Below, piece by piece: positions 21,201-31,058 of a stretch of DNA of 64,000 nt. The stretch's first letter is position 1. Each line of letters opens with the position of its first letter. The stretch lies in IMG/VR virus record IMGVR_UViG_3300049436_000052, positions 1-64,000 of that record, one strand, 5' to 3'. The stretch is from a virus. The position numbers and the translations under genes are program-made. Under the pieces are notes generated by a model. That model was not told the origin of the DNA. It saw nothing but the letters and a program-made list of their open reading frames with translations, and did no database searches.

Positions 21201-21733
21201 AAGACACCCCAATCGAAATTAGGAAAAGTGGGTTGTTTAAAGATATTGATGATAAATATGCCCAACCAGTTCAAGGAATGCCAACAAGTGGTTCTACTGA
21301 ACAACCAAATCTTCCTCCTGTTGGTGGAGGTGGTGGAATGCCTTCTCCTGAAGGCGGTGCTTTACCTCCAGTTGGTGGTGGAAATGCTCCTGAAGCTGGT
21401 AGTCTTCCTCCTACTGGTGGTGGTGAAGGTGGAGCAGAGGGCGGTTTACCTCCATTAGCTGAAAATAAAAAATTCTATAAAAAGTTTACTAACGAAGATG
21501 AATATAATTCATATCTTGAAAAATTAGTTTATGGGTCTGTTAAAAATCAAGAATATATTGAAAACGATAGAAAAAAACTATTGATTAAAGAAACTGATGA
21601 AAAAAACTTAGAAATGGTAAGTAATGCTGAAAAAATTATGAAAGAATTTGATGATATACTTAATAGTAAAGATAATGATATTATAGATGAAAGTCTTGAT
21701 ATTGATGATTTTAATATTGATGATGAACAATAA
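18212..21733 (+). CDS. gp20: Portal protein (T4 gp20-like) with two inteins
   Basis: IAHFRL...PYGS, AEDAMLTNRLIRA..KRVYKIDVGNM, EDIFLPVR and LGVPK motifs; late motifs at 18137-18144 and 18179-18186. Confidence 0.93.
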   Translation: MEKNSIYQTLNKLLNFDGTNFQSQQTIVDTPKREKIIIKGASPEEIKLKALELEQKRELQRKFFKTTERGHQKALQYEAARLQMYLDFESMEYYPLIASALDLYMEEATTIGLNGKMLNVYSNKDRIKYLLEELFYDIINVNVNLPFWTRNLCKYGNNFNLLYGERKKGISYVKQLVNYEIERIDKIVDGKPTVKFKDRTTGDEFNPFEIAHFRLLGDDRAIPYGSCLESNSYIKTIDGVKKIKDINKNDIVISFDLKTQNKIQSKVLDTIYSGKKECFKISTRHNFVDGSKEHKILIYDKTNEIFRYEFIENLKIGDYLIINNYDNNNSEKHIDKTEEYTIDRIKREYHYFNNINCIPDIVTVDFARFLGFMYGDGWISKNKDVIFALGIYDEQNHKYIDLLEKFSGVKPRLIKGNVLNNYKYSQAIVGSKMFATILKRLGFYGKFNTKKIPDWIFNSSYEIREAFLDGFVDADGSTYIDKWNCVRYQIEINNHDLIHGLKYLIQSLGYKSGKITHRNSRSSYIEGRKINSTGSYYFYFFKSKNKQTKTHEIKNRLTENFIIEPIISIETIGYKDVYDIHVDNENHNFYANNIVVHNSILNKVRRVFRQCLDGKTKIYTYNGLKHIEDINIGDDIYSFDYDTNNVINSKVKNVSNNGIRERFKVTTNDTNITLTNDHLLLTYDINNKSYSYKDIRSIDKDIDYLVSPVIDDVDIYQKIIDIEYQGNDVVWDIEVDNELHNFIAEGIVVHNCVMAEDAMLTNRLIRAGSKRVYKIDVGNMDDDDIDQYVMKVATKFKKSTQVNPFDGQIDHRFHIAGNDEDIFLPVRNANSQTGVDTLDGSNNMNEIQDIEFLRSNLLTGLGVPKPFLSFQDAGGGGKNLAQFDIRFAKKVSRIQQAMIQELNKISMIHLFLLGYSGDDLSDFTLSLTNPSTQEDLLKAQLVREQAGAYAELTRSESGIGGMSHTNAKKFIFNMSDREIVNDLKQQKMERVIMQEFQDTPIEIRKSGLFKDIDDKYAQPVQGMPTSGSTEQPNLPPVGGGGGMPSPEGGALPPVGGGNAPEAGSLPPTGGGEGGAEGGLPPLAENKKFYKKFTNEDEYNSYLEKLVYGSVKNQEYIENDRKKLLIKETDEKNLEMVSNAEKIMKEFDDILNSKDNDIIDESLDIDDFNIDDEQ
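18890..20005 (+). mobile_element. Portal intein 1 with LAGLIDADG endonuclease (372 aa)
   Basis: CLESNS...FLGFMYGDG...FLDGFVDADG...IVVHN|S. Confidence 0.92.
20042..20464 (+). mobile_element. Portal intein 2, mini-intein (141 aa)
   Basis: CLDGKT...TNDHLL...VWDIEV...IVVHN|C; no endonuclease motifs. Confidence 0.9.
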
Positions 21734-21793
21734 AAATATTGTGGGATGTAATTTAAACATTTACACATAATTAAACTATTTATATTAAATTAT

Positions 21794-22594
21794 ATGATAA
21801 AAATGGAAAACATTAACATTGGAATTGCTAATTTGGTTATAGCTAATAAGTTAAAAAACGCTTATTTGGAAAATAATTTAATTACTGAATCAAGAAAACA
21901 CGTTTCTGATTTTTTTGAGCTAGTAAAAAAATCTCCAATACTTCAATTAGAATTTAAAATTTTCAATAAAATTGAAAATAAATATATCGATAATGATACT
22001 ATTGCAACTCGTTATATTGATAATAATATTAAACTATTTGAAGTATATACTTTAGGTGAAATTGAAGATGAACATAAAAAATTAAAAAGTTTTATTGGTC
22101 TTAATGAAAATCTTCAATCTTTTGATGAAGTAAAGGTTAAGTTATATAATTCCATTTTTGTTTTAATTAAAGAATCGTTGAATGATTATAGTAAAATTGA
22201 TGTTGATGCTATCCACGAATCGTTTTCATATGTTCTTAATTATATAAAAGAACCTAAAACAAAAGAAATTAGTGATATTATTAATAATAAATCTGAGGTT
22301 AATGATGAAATCATCGAAATTGCAATTGAAAAATTTAATGAACGCTATAATTCACTAAACGAAGAAGAAAAAGATTTATTAGAGAAATTAACCAAATCTA
22401 ATAGGGAAGAAAAGAAAACGTTATTAGAAGATTATAAACAAGAGAATTTAACGATTCTTGAAAATTTAAATAAGGATGAGATTAAAGATAATATCACTCA
22501 AGCAATTAGTAAAATTAATAACATGAAATATAATCATGAAACAATTGTTGATGATATCATTTCGTTATATGAATTAAAGAAAAATTTGTTATAA
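21794..22594 (+). CDS. Late protein downstream of the portal (putative head morphogenesis/core protein)
   Basis: Late motif at 21776-21783; helical, acidic, LITES and LNE motifs. Confidence 0.55.
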   Translation: MIKMENINIGIANLVIANKLKNAYLENNLITESRKHVSDFFELVKKSPILQLEFKIFNKIENKYIDNDTIATRYIDNNIKLFEVYTLGEIEDEHKKLKSFIGLNENLQSFDEVKVKLYNSIFVLIKESLNDYSKIDVDAIHESFSYVLNYIKEPKTKEISDIINNKSEVNDEIIEIAIEKFNERYNSLNEEEKDLLEKLTKSNREEKKTLLEDYKQENLTILENLNKDEIKDNITQAISKINNMKYNHETIVDDIISLYELKKNLL

Positions 22595-22870
22595 TTAATT
22601 ATTTTTAGTTAATGATTCATCAATCATTCTTTGTATTTGATGATTTTCATTAGAAAAAGAAGAAAAGTAAGTACCTAATAAATATTTAGTTTTCAACTCT
22701 TCTAGCAAATCGTTAGATACTTTATATTCAAAACCAAAACACACTAAAAATCTTAAATAATCAGAACAAATAATATTTCTAGCAGGTTTATTAAATTCAC
22801 CTAGATGTGGAAAAAATTTATTCATTTTTACATTTCTTATGCCATTCGTCATATAGTTTCTCAATTTCAT
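22595..22870 (-). CDS. Microprotein (probable true start MNKFFP at about 22825)
   Basis: The internal ATG overlaps the stop of the upstream gene. Confidence 0.45.
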   Translation of the reverse strand: MKLRNYMTNGIRNVKMNKFFPHLGEFNKPARNIICSDYLRFLVCFGFEYKVSNDLLEELKTKYLLGTYFSSFSNENHQIQRMIDESLTKNN

Positions 22871-23114
22871 TTTCTAAATACTCTATTTTTGTTCTATATG
22901 ATTCGCCAATAGTCCAACAATTTTTACAATAAACAGTTCGATAATCACCATCACTATGATCTTCATGACCAAGACATTTATTACATAAATCTTTTCCACA
23001 AATTTCGCATCTGGCAACAGAACACGCCATTCCAATTTCTATTTCACTTCCACAATCATCACAAAATTTATGATTAATTATTTTTTCTTGGATTATAGTT
23101 TCTTTTTTTATCAT
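22818..23114 (-). CDS. Cys-rich zinc-finger protein
   Basis: CDDC, CEIC, CNKC and CKNC motifs. Confidence 0.65.
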   Translation of the reverse strand: MIKKETIIQEKIINHKFCDDCGSEIEIGMACSVARCEICGKDLCNKCLGHEDHSDGDYRTVYCKNCWTIGESYRTKIEYLENEIEKLYDEWHKKCKNE

Positions 23115-23128
23115 AATAAATTTATTAT

Positions 23129-23359
23129 TTAAGAAAATAATGGGAGTGTTGAAGAATATTCTTCATAAAAATTAGTTTCAAAGATTTCATCAAAAATTAC
23201 TATGAACAAATTATCCATTTCAGAATGTTTTGTAATTACCAAATCAAAATAAATTTCATTTAATAATTCAAAATTAATAGATTTATCCTTGAATTCGTTA
23301 AATTCATTACTAATTTTATCTGAAGATTTTCTTAAATTATTAAAACTAAATTTGTTCAC
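23129..23359 (-). CDS. Microprotein
   Basis: 76 aa, acidic/aromatic composition like other island microproteins. Confidence 0.45.
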   Translation of the reverse strand: MNKFSFNNLRKSSDKISNEFNEFKDKSINFELLNEIYFDLVITKHSEMDNLFIVIFDEIFETNFYEEYSSTLPLFS

Positions 23360-23367
23360 ATTAATAA

Positions 23368-23898
23368 TTATTTATATTCTTTTTTCTTCAATTCCAAAAA
23401 TTCAGTTAACGATGTTGCATGTTTATAAACTCCATTATTAAATGTTGTTAAACGTTTTCTATTTTTACGACTTCCATCAGAAATATAACTAATATGAACC
23501 CACCCAGGATTGTCAATTGTACCCTTTTCCCATATCATTTGATCCCAATCAAGATTATTAACAACAAACATAAAAATGTCTGAATTTTTCATCTTAATCA
23601 TATCTCCATCAATGTCTGCGGCAGTTCCATCCATATGTTGTGATCCACTTGCTCCCTTAACTGCCTCGTTTAATTCAGCATTTCTAAAAATAGTTGTTGT
23701 TGGAATTTTTTTACCAAAATGTTCGCAAATTGGATCATATATATGCTTTCCCAATTCGATTAAATTATTTAATTGTGCTTGTGTTGGGGTATTTAATATG
23801 TTTCTCCAATTAGCAGAATCATAAGAAATTCCGTCATAATATGTCATCCACTTTGATAAATTATAGTTTGTTAGATATTTAACTTTTGTTGTTGCCAT
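23368..23898 (-). CDS. Peptidase M15A-family cell-wall hydrolase (putative endolysin)
   Basis: FRNAELNEAVKGASGSQH...AADID...WVHISY zinc-binding motifs. Confidence 0.85.
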   Translation of the reverse strand: MATTKVKYLTNYNLSKWMTYYDGISYDSANWRNILNTPTQAQLNNLIELGKHIYDPICEHFGKKIPTTTIFRNAELNEAVKGASGSQHMDGTAADIDGDMIKMKNSDIFMFVVNNLDWDQMIWEKGTIDNPGWVHISYISDGSRKNRKRLTTFNNGVYKHATSLTEFLELKKKEYK

Positions 23899-23949
23899 GT
23901 TATTATATTTTTTATTAAATTTATTTTTTTTACAAAGTTATAAAATTTA

Positions 23950-26900
23950 TTATATTCCATAAATACTTTTCTTTAATGTAAGAAAATCTTCTAAAGTATA
24001 AACATCTTGTGTATATTTTTTATTATGAAATATTGTATATCTACCTCTATTTTTACCAACAGACGTATATGCCACATGCACCCATCCAGGGTTATTTCCA
24101 TCACCTTCCTCCCACAACAATTGATCAAATGGTAAATTTTGTGCAATATAGAAATACACATCAGAATTTGAAGGATGATCAACACCAGATCCATCCATAT
24201 CTAAGTCAATAGCTTTAGCCAATCGATGCCAAGAACTTTCAGTACCACCAACACCATTATTAAGTTGTTCATTTCTAAAGAATGTTGTTATTGGAATTTT
24301 CACACTAAAATGATCACAAATAGAATCATAAATTACTTTTGCTGTTGTTTTAATTGTTTCAAGTTCTGAAGCGGTTGGAGTATTATCAATATTACGTTTT
24401 TTTGCTGAATTATATGAAATTCCATCATAATATGTACACCATTTTGAAATTAAATAATCGTTTGGATATTCAACAATCGCACTTCCAGATACAATATTAT
24501 TAAACACACCCATATTCATATCTAAATCATCTAAACCAGCAAAAACAACTGGACTTGTAACACGAGGAATGGGATATTTAAGTATTTTAGTTCCTGAAAA
24601 TGTAGTCATCATTTTATTTGGAGTTATTACATGTTCAACACTTAAAATTAAATAAGCACCATTAAACATTGGTACGTTTTCCAATTGAAAATATTGTGTT
24701 GGTTGAATCATAACATTGCCAAATGCAGTAACAGTTGCTTTATATGCTCTATTTTCATAAACATTATATAGACTTTGTCCTTTTGGAATTGGCGCATTTA
24801 GTTTATTATCACCAGCCAATCTTGATAAAATTTGAATCGATTCATTTGTTTCTGGATATTCTTTCGAATCAATTTTAATATTAGTAAACATTGATTGATT
24901 TTGTTCTCCAAATCTAACTCTAAATGCTCTCACATTTCTCCAAGGAAAATCAGAATAATTTTCAACTTGGTTGTCTAAAGTTGGATTCATGCCACTACAT
25001 TCTTGTGTAGTAAAGTCTGTTAATTGTTCAAGATTCTCAACACCATCATTTTCAAAACCATTTGCACTAATAGTTGGATAACTTGAACTACCACCAATAT
25101 ACATACAAACAAAAGCCGGACTATTCGCATTTATTCCACTTATATCAATTTTAAATGTATTTTTCCAATCATCGTTTTTATAACTCATAAAGTTTTGAAG
25201 TGGGAAAAATTCAAATCCATTTGTTGATAGTATTTGAGATAATGCAGAATATAATGTAATATTTGGATCATCAAATAAACTTGTTAATATTTCGGCGTTT
25301 ATCATTGTATCTCCAATTGGATTCATTGCACGATCAACAAAAACAAAAGAATCTATTAGATTTTTATTATTCCCAAATGGATAACCATTAAAATTACTTT
25401 TGGGGCTAGACAACCATTTATCGTTAATATTTTTAAATGAATAATAGGTTTGTGTCATAATATCTTCATCTGCTAATAATTTTTTTTGTTGCTCTTTTTC
25501 TTTATCTTTTGATTTATCGACATTAGATATGTGATTCAATATATATTGAAAAAATAACGAAAAATACTTATCATTAACCAATCTATCATTTCCTTCAAAA
25601 CTATTGATTGAGGTATATGTTTTTGTATATGAATCTTCAATTGGTTTAAATGTAATTTGACTATATACTGCAATATTTTTTCTACTTATTAATGGTTTTA
25701 TAATATTATTATAATATTCAACATTCCCATTATCTTCATTTGGATTTAAAAATTTACTGTAAATATCTTCTTTATCGACATCTATTTTATTTGCTTCTCC
25801 ATATAATTTTTTTAGTTGTGTTACAATAATAGGATAACCAATACTATTATCTGATAAAAAATCTTCATAAATTAGTTTAAACGATTTTTTGTCATTTTCA
25901 GATAAGAATTTATCAATATCATGAATATCAGCAAATACAAAATAACCCTTATGATTAAAACTATTTTCATTATTATTGTCTTCAACCACATTAAAGAAAT
26001 TTATAACATCATTTATCCAATTTTCTTCAATTGCACTCACAATAGCACCAATATATGCAAGCATAAATGTTGGTAATTCAATAATTGCTGGAATATTAAA
26101 AATAAAATCATTTAACCTATTTGGAAAAATGTTAAATGGACTTAATGCATATCCAAAGTTAGATAATAAAATAAATGCACTTAGTTTAGGATTATATTCA
26201 CTACCACCAACATTAATAATTTTTTCATAAATATTTGTGTCATAATTTGATAAAACATTTGACCAAAGATCAACAATATTTCCACCTTGGGATAATATGT
26301 AATTGTCAATTGTTAGTGTTTCGAATCCCTTTATACTTAATAATTTATTACCTTGGTTTAAAACTTCGTTATAGTCTTTTATTTTTGAAAATATCGCATC
26401 AAATGTTGATTCTAATCCACTATAATCAAATTCGTATAAAAATCTTGTTTTCCATTCAATACTATCATAAGTACTACTACTATTTAATGCCCTTCTTATT
26501 GTTTTAAATGGGATGTCAATAATATGTGGTAGATTTTCATTGGTATAAGAAACTAGTTTTTCTCCACTGTCAAGTAATGGTATTTTAAAAAAATATTTTT
26601 CGTAAAAATTGCTATTATTCTTTATAAAATTATTAATTGGATTATCAATTCCTTCAGTCAAGGTTAATTCATTAATATTACCAATATTTAAATTGACACC
26701 TCTAAAATTAACATTTTGCTTGTTTGTATAAATTGAACTAGTGTTTAATGTTGAATCAATTAAAAAATATTCTACTTTTTCATTAGGAAAACTAAATAAA
26801 TTAATTTGTTCACCATTATATGCATCAATTGCAGATGTTATATATTCATAAAAATTATTAATATTATTGGTAAATTTATTTGCATTAATCTTAACATTAT

Positions 26901-28917
26901 CAATATAATCTGGTGTTATTAGCGAATTAACCAAATTTAGTGCTTCTGATTCTGCAAATAATTTAATGTAATTATTTTTGTTTATGTCCGTTGATGTTTC
27001 ATAAAATTCATATGGCATAACTCCTTGTGATAAAATATAAAACCTTTTCAAACTAATTTTAATAAATTGCATTAATTTATTGTCAATCGATTCATTTATT
27101 CTACCACTATCAATATTAATATATGGACTGCTTAAATTTGTATTATCAATTTGTGAATCAATTGGTGAAATGGGTATCCAAACATTACTTCCATCTTCAT
27201 TTTGATTGGCTTTCATGTTACTCAATTCACTTAATCTTGCTTGTGTTTGAAATGTATTAATAAAATTTTTAACTAAATCCATTTCAGGAAATTCAATCTC
27301 TTCACTCAATTTTATTGGGGCAATTCTTTCTTCTTTCGTACCACCACAAACACTTTTTCTATCAATAATCAACGGAAATGCATATATTTTATCTTTGTTT
27401 TTTATTGGATTATTATCAACAATCTTAGACTTAGAATCTGGTTCATTATGTTTATTTTCTGCAATTTCAGAAGTTTTTCTTAAAATTTTAAAAAATGTAT
27501 CTACATCATCCAATATAATTTTAAAAATATTATAAATAGTTGGCTGCATGCCCAATTTTCCAACAATCGAATTATTAACAATTGTTCCAATTTGTTTTGA
27601 TAAATCACTCTTATCTTTTTGAAAATCAAATTTCTTTTTATATAATTTTACATAGTAATTTGTTAAATCAAGTCCTATGTATGTTGTAGTTTCATTTGTT
27701 GTAGTAATAATATTTGAATTACCAATAAAAATAGAAGGATTAACGATATCATTTTGATTTATTTGTAGTGTTAAAACATTTGTTGTTAATAATGAATTTT
27801 TATAACTATTTAAACATGAATTTATTCCATTTATGTTCGATAAATTTGGAGATGCATAAACAATATATAACCGATCTTTAATATTTGTCGGAATTGTAGA
27901 ACTGCCTGAAATTTGAATAATTGTATTATATTCATTAAGACTTCTCATTTTTGTTATTGTATATGTATCACCAGTATTTGGATATGAATTACCATCATGA
28001 AAAAAATCTGAATCATACTTAACATGAATTAAATGTGGAATACCAGCATTTTTTAAATTTTCATCATTTTTATAATTGTTAATAACATTAAATTGATTAT
28101 CAATTAATTCAATGCTTTTATTAATATTATCCAATTCTTTTGTTTCATTTCCTGAGTTAATCTCTTTCTCAATTGAAGAATATAAATCTTTTACTTTTAA
28201 AATTAATTCATATGTGTTTTTTGGTTGTATTGATGTGTCTGAACTTAATGAATCCTCTTCTTCAATTAATGGAAAATTAATTACATATCTGAATGGAATA
28301 TCTGCCAATGGTGCAAATGTCATCGCAACAAATTGAGCATCTATTACAAAATTACCATTTTCAGCAATAAACTCAGAAGTATATTTTACTAAATGTAAAT
28401 CATATTTTAATGCCTTTCCATAATAACCTTTAACAGTTAAATGAAATAATGGGGGTGGAAATTCAAATAACATTCTATATGGCGAATTTTCCTGATTAAA
28501 AAAAGATAAACCTCTAATATCTACAAATTGAACATTAACTTGTGGAACATATGACGAATTCACCAAAATCTTTATTTCTGCTATTCCAAATCCTTCATAT
28601 TGAATCCTTGTACCAGTACTACCATCATAATAATTTGTTGTAAACTTTAAATAATTCGGATTATTAACATCATTATTTTGATTAACCCCCATAAAATTAA
28701 CATTTCTATCAACCTCTAATCCAGTTTGGATAGTTCCAATACTATTCTCACCATTACCTGTAGTCATTACCACGGTTCTACCCCTACTCTCTGCTGTTAA
28801 TTCAGCAAAAATATACATGTCTTGATACTGTGGAATCCCATTTACAAATGGAACATTGTTTAATGCCGTTGTGTTAATATTAACTTCATTTGGATCAATA
28901 AGTAGTACATTACTCAT
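23950..28917 (-). CDS. Large virion protein (baseplate hub/tail lysin-like) with a C-terminal M15A peptidase domain
   Basis: 1655 aa; GNVMIQPTQYFQL...GAYLILSVEHVIT hub-like motif; C-terminal SWH...AIDLD...WVHVAY; late motif at 28935-28942. Confidence 0.7.
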   Translation of the reverse strand: MSNVLLIDPNEVNINTTALNNVPFVNGIPQYQDMYIFAELTAESRGRTVVMTTGNGENSIGTIQTGLEVDRNVNFMGVNQNNDVNNPNYLKFTTNYYDGSTGTRIQYEGFGIAEIKILVNSSYVPQVNVQFVDIRGLSFFNQENSPYRMLFEFPPPLFHLTVKGYYGKALKYDLHLVKYTSEFIAENGNFVIDAQFVAMTFAPLADIPFRYVINFPLIEEEDSLSSDTSIQPKNTYELILKVKDLYSSIEKEINSGNETKELDNINKSIELIDNQFNVINNYKNDENLKNAGIPHLIHVKYDSDFFHDGNSYPNTGDTYTITKMRSLNEYNTIIQISGSSTIPTNIKDRLYIVYASPNLSNINGINSCLNSYKNSLLTTNVLTLQINQNDIVNPSIFIGNSNIITTTNETTTYIGLDLTNYYVKLYKKKFDFQKDKSDLSKQIGTIVNNSIVGKLGMQPTIYNIFKIILDDVDTFFKILRKTSEIAENKHNEPDSKSKIVDNNPIKNKDKIYAFPLIIDRKSVCGGTKEERIAPIKLSEEIEFPEMDLVKNFINTFQTQARLSELSNMKANQNEDGSNVWIPISPIDSQIDNTNLSSPYINIDSGRINESIDNKLMQFIKISLKRFYILSQGVMPYEFYETSTDINKNNYIKLFAESEALNLVNSLITPDYIDNVKINANKFTNNINNFYEYITSAIDAYNGEQINLFSFPNEKVEYFLIDSTLNTSSIYTNKQNVNFRGVNLNIGNINELTLTEGIDNPINNFIKNNSNFYEKYFFKIPLLDSGEKLVSYTNENLPHIIDIPFKTIRRALNSSSTYDSIEWKTRFLYEFDYSGLESTFDAIFSKIKDYNEVLNQGNKLLSIKGFETLTIDNYILSQGGNIVDLWSNVLSNYDTNIYEKIINVGGSEYNPKLSAFILLSNFGYALSPFNIFPNRLNDFIFNIPAIIELPTFMLAYIGAIVSAIEENWINDVINFFNVVEDNNNENSFNHKGYFVFADIHDIDKFLSENDKKSFKLIYEDFLSDNSIGYPIIVTQLKKLYGEANKIDVDKEDIYSKFLNPNEDNGNVEYYNNIIKPLISRKNIAVYSQITFKPIEDSYTKTYTSINSFEGNDRLVNDKYFSLFFQYILNHISNVDKSKDKEKEQQKKLLADEDIMTQTYYSFKNINDKWLSSPKSNFNGYPFGNNKNLIDSFVFVDRAMNPIGDTMINAEILTSLFDDPNITLYSALSQILSTNGFEFFPLQNFMSYKNDDWKNTFKIDISGINANSPAFVCMYIGGSSSYPTISANGFENDGVENLEQLTDFTTQECSGMNPTLDNQVENYSDFPWRNVRAFRVRFGEQNQSMFTNIKIDSKEYPETNESIQILSRLAGDNKLNAPIPKGQSLYNVYENRAYKATVTAFGNVMIQPTQYFQLENVPMFNGAYLILSVEHVITPNKMMTTFSGTKILKYPIPRVTSPVVFAGLDDLDMNMGVFNNIVSGSAIVEYPNDYLISKWCTYYDGISYNSAKKRNIDNTPTASELETIKTTAKVIYDSICDHFSVKIPITTFFRNEQLNNGVGGTESSWHRLAKAIDLDMDGSGVDHPSNSDVYFYIAQNLPFDQLLWEEGDGNNPGWVHVAYTSVGKNRGRYTIFHNKKYTQDVYTLEDFLTLKKSIYGI

Positions 28918-29025
28918 ATTATAAAATATTTATCATAAATACCTATTATTAAAATTACTTTAAATATTAACATGAATAATTAAGATTTAAAACTATTTAT
29001 GTTTAATAAAATATAGATTGTAAAT

Positions 29026-30813
29026 ATGAGCAAAATATTAAAACCAAACGAAACGGGATTTGGAATAATCATTGAGGAAGCAGAATTTATCACACCTGAC
29101 TTAAATCAAAATTTATTAAACGAAAATTTTGAACTAAAATCTACAGAATTTAAACCTAATGAACCAATATTAGTTAAATGTATTCTACAAAAATGGGGTG
29201 TAAAAAATAAAAATGGAAGGATTTATCCAAAATCTGTTTTAATCCCCCAAGTGGAAGCATATCAGGAATTAGTTAGAACCAATAGTGCTGTAAGCGAATG
29301 TTTCACTCCTGATACTAAAATAATGACAAAAGAAGGTTGGAAATTAATTAAAAATATTTCTGATGATGAAGAAATATTGACATTAAATAGAGAAACAAAA
29401 AAAACAGAATATCAAAAAATAACCAAAAAAATTAATGATGAATATTCTGGTGATTTATATCACATAAAATCAAATGCTATTGATATTAAAGTAACACCCA
29501 ATCATAGATTTATTATTGAAAATAATAAAAACGAATTAATGGAAATAACTGCATCAGAATTATTCGAATGTCCTGATTATAGTATGTTTTTTAACGGAAC
29601 ATATAAGTTGTTAAAAAAATTTGATTATGATTATTCAAATAATCAAAAATTTGTTTTTGATGGTGTTGAAATTAAAGATGAAGATTTTTATGCGTTTATG
29701 GGAATTTATTTATCTGAAGGTTGGGTTAAACCAAATAGTAATATTATTTATATCTCACAAAAAAAGAAAGAAAATATTGACAAAATTAATCAATTAATAA
29801 TTAATTGTAAATTAAATTTTAATATTGAAACCAAAACAAACGATTGTGTTAATTTTTCTATACACAATAAAGAATTAAACAGATATTTATTTCCATTGGG
29901 TAAAGCACATCAAAAATATATACCAGTTGAATTAAAAAACAATTCTCCACATTTATTAAAAATATTGCTTGATTGGTTTTTATTGGGTGATGGTAGAAGT
30001 GTTACTTATAAAGAAAGAAATGGTAAATTTATCAACAGAAAATCAGTATTTACGGTATCGAAAAAACTGATATATGATTTAAATGAAATTCAATTAAAAT
30101 CTGGTGGTTCTGGTATTATTACAATAGATACTAAAAGAAAAGATAGAACAATAATTGATAAAAAAAATGTTGATGGGGAAGAAATAATAAATGAAAGAGC
30201 CATTTTAAGAATAAATTCAAAGGCATTATTTAATTTAAATTTTTCAAAATCTAAACACATTTATCTTGATAGAAGATCAATAAAAATTAAAAAAATAAAA
30301 TATTCTGGAAATGTTGTTTGTGTTCAAGTTCCAAATGAAACAATTTATGTGATGAGGAATGGTAAGTCTTTATGGACTTTAAACTCTGATCATCCAGAGC
30401 AAAGCATCATCTCTCTTCAAAACATCTCTCACATGATCACAAAAATGTGGTGGGGAAATGGAGAAGAAGAAAATGTCTTATTTGGTGAAATTAAATTAAT
30501 TATCTCCCTAGGGTATATCAAATATGGTATTGCCTCTGTTATTGGTGATAAAATATTATTATATCTCCAAAACAAAATAAGACTTGGAATATCATCTCGT
30601 GGTGTTGGTACTTTAAAAGAAATCAATGGAGAAAATGTTGTTCAAGGCGATTTCGAATTAATAGGATTTGACTTAGTTGCCACTCCAAGTACCCCAGGTG
30701 CTTATCTCTTTCCAATAAATAATAATCATAGTGGTAAGGTTGAAAATAAACCTGATGGAACATTTATCAAAGAAACAAAAATAGTTAATGCGATTAATAA
30801 ATTTTTAATCTAA
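29026..30813 (+). CDS. gp21: Prohead core protease (T4 gp21-like) with intein
   Basis: KNKNGRIYP, spliced SE|SDHP, LGISSRGVG and FDLVATPS motifs; late motif at 28993-29000. Confidence 0.93.
   Translation: MSKILKPNETGFGIIIEEAEFITPDLNQNLLNENFELKSTEFKPNEPILVKCILQKWGVKNKNGRIYPKSVLIPQVEAYQELVRTNSAVSECFTPDTKIMTKEGWKLIKNISDDEEILTLNRETKKTEYQKITKKINDEYSGDLYHIKSNAIDIKVTPNHRFIIENNKNELMEITASELFECPDYSMFFNGTYKLLKKFDYDYSNNQKFVFDGVEIKDEDFYAFMGIYLSEGWVKPNSNIIYISQKKKENIDKINQLIINCKLNFNIETKTNDCVNFSIHNKELNRYLFPLGKAHQKYIPVELKNNSPHLLKILLDWFLLGDGRSVTYKERNGKFINRKSVFTVSKKLIYDLNEIQLKSGGSGIITIDTKRKDRTIIDKKNVDGEEIINERAILRINSKALFNLNFSKSKHIYLDRRSIKIKKIKYSGNVVCVQVPNETIYVMRNGKSLWTLNSDHPEQSIISLQNISHMITKMWWGNGEEENVLFGEIKLIISLGYIKYGIASVIGDKILLYLQNKIRLGISSRGVGTLKEINGENVVQGDFELIGFDLVATPSTPGAYLFPINNNHSGKVENKPDGTFIKETKIVNAINKFLI
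29299..30384 (+). mobile_element. Intein with LAGLIDADG-type endonuclease in the prohead protease (362 aa)
   Basis: CFTPDT...VTPNHRF...FMGIYLSEG...WFLLGDG...RNGKSLWTLN|S. Confidence 0.9.
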
Positions 30814-30817
30814 AAAA

Positions 30818-30985
30818 ATGAAAAGAAAAAATTTATATGACGAAATCTTTACATTCAAATGTAATAGATGTTATAATATTTTTAAAGGTGAAATTGGCAC
30901 ACCTTGTCCAAAATGTGGGACTAGTGATGTTACAATATTAGTAAAATTTAAAATTAAAAATTTTTTAATGAGTTTTTTTGGTTGA
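30818..30985 (+). CDS. 55-aa zinc-ribbon protein (below the ORF-track cutoff)
   Basis: MKRKNLYDEIFTFKCNRCYNIFKGEIGTPCPKCGTSDV...; starts 4 nt after the protease stop. Confidence 0.55.
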   Translation: MKRKNLYDEIFTFKCNRCYNIFKGEIGTPCPKCGTSDVTILVKFKIKNFLMSFFG

Positions 30986-31058
30986 AACTCACTTTTTTAC
31001 AAAATTAAACTATTTATAAAAAAAATTACATAATTAATTAATAGCAATTTAACAAAAA

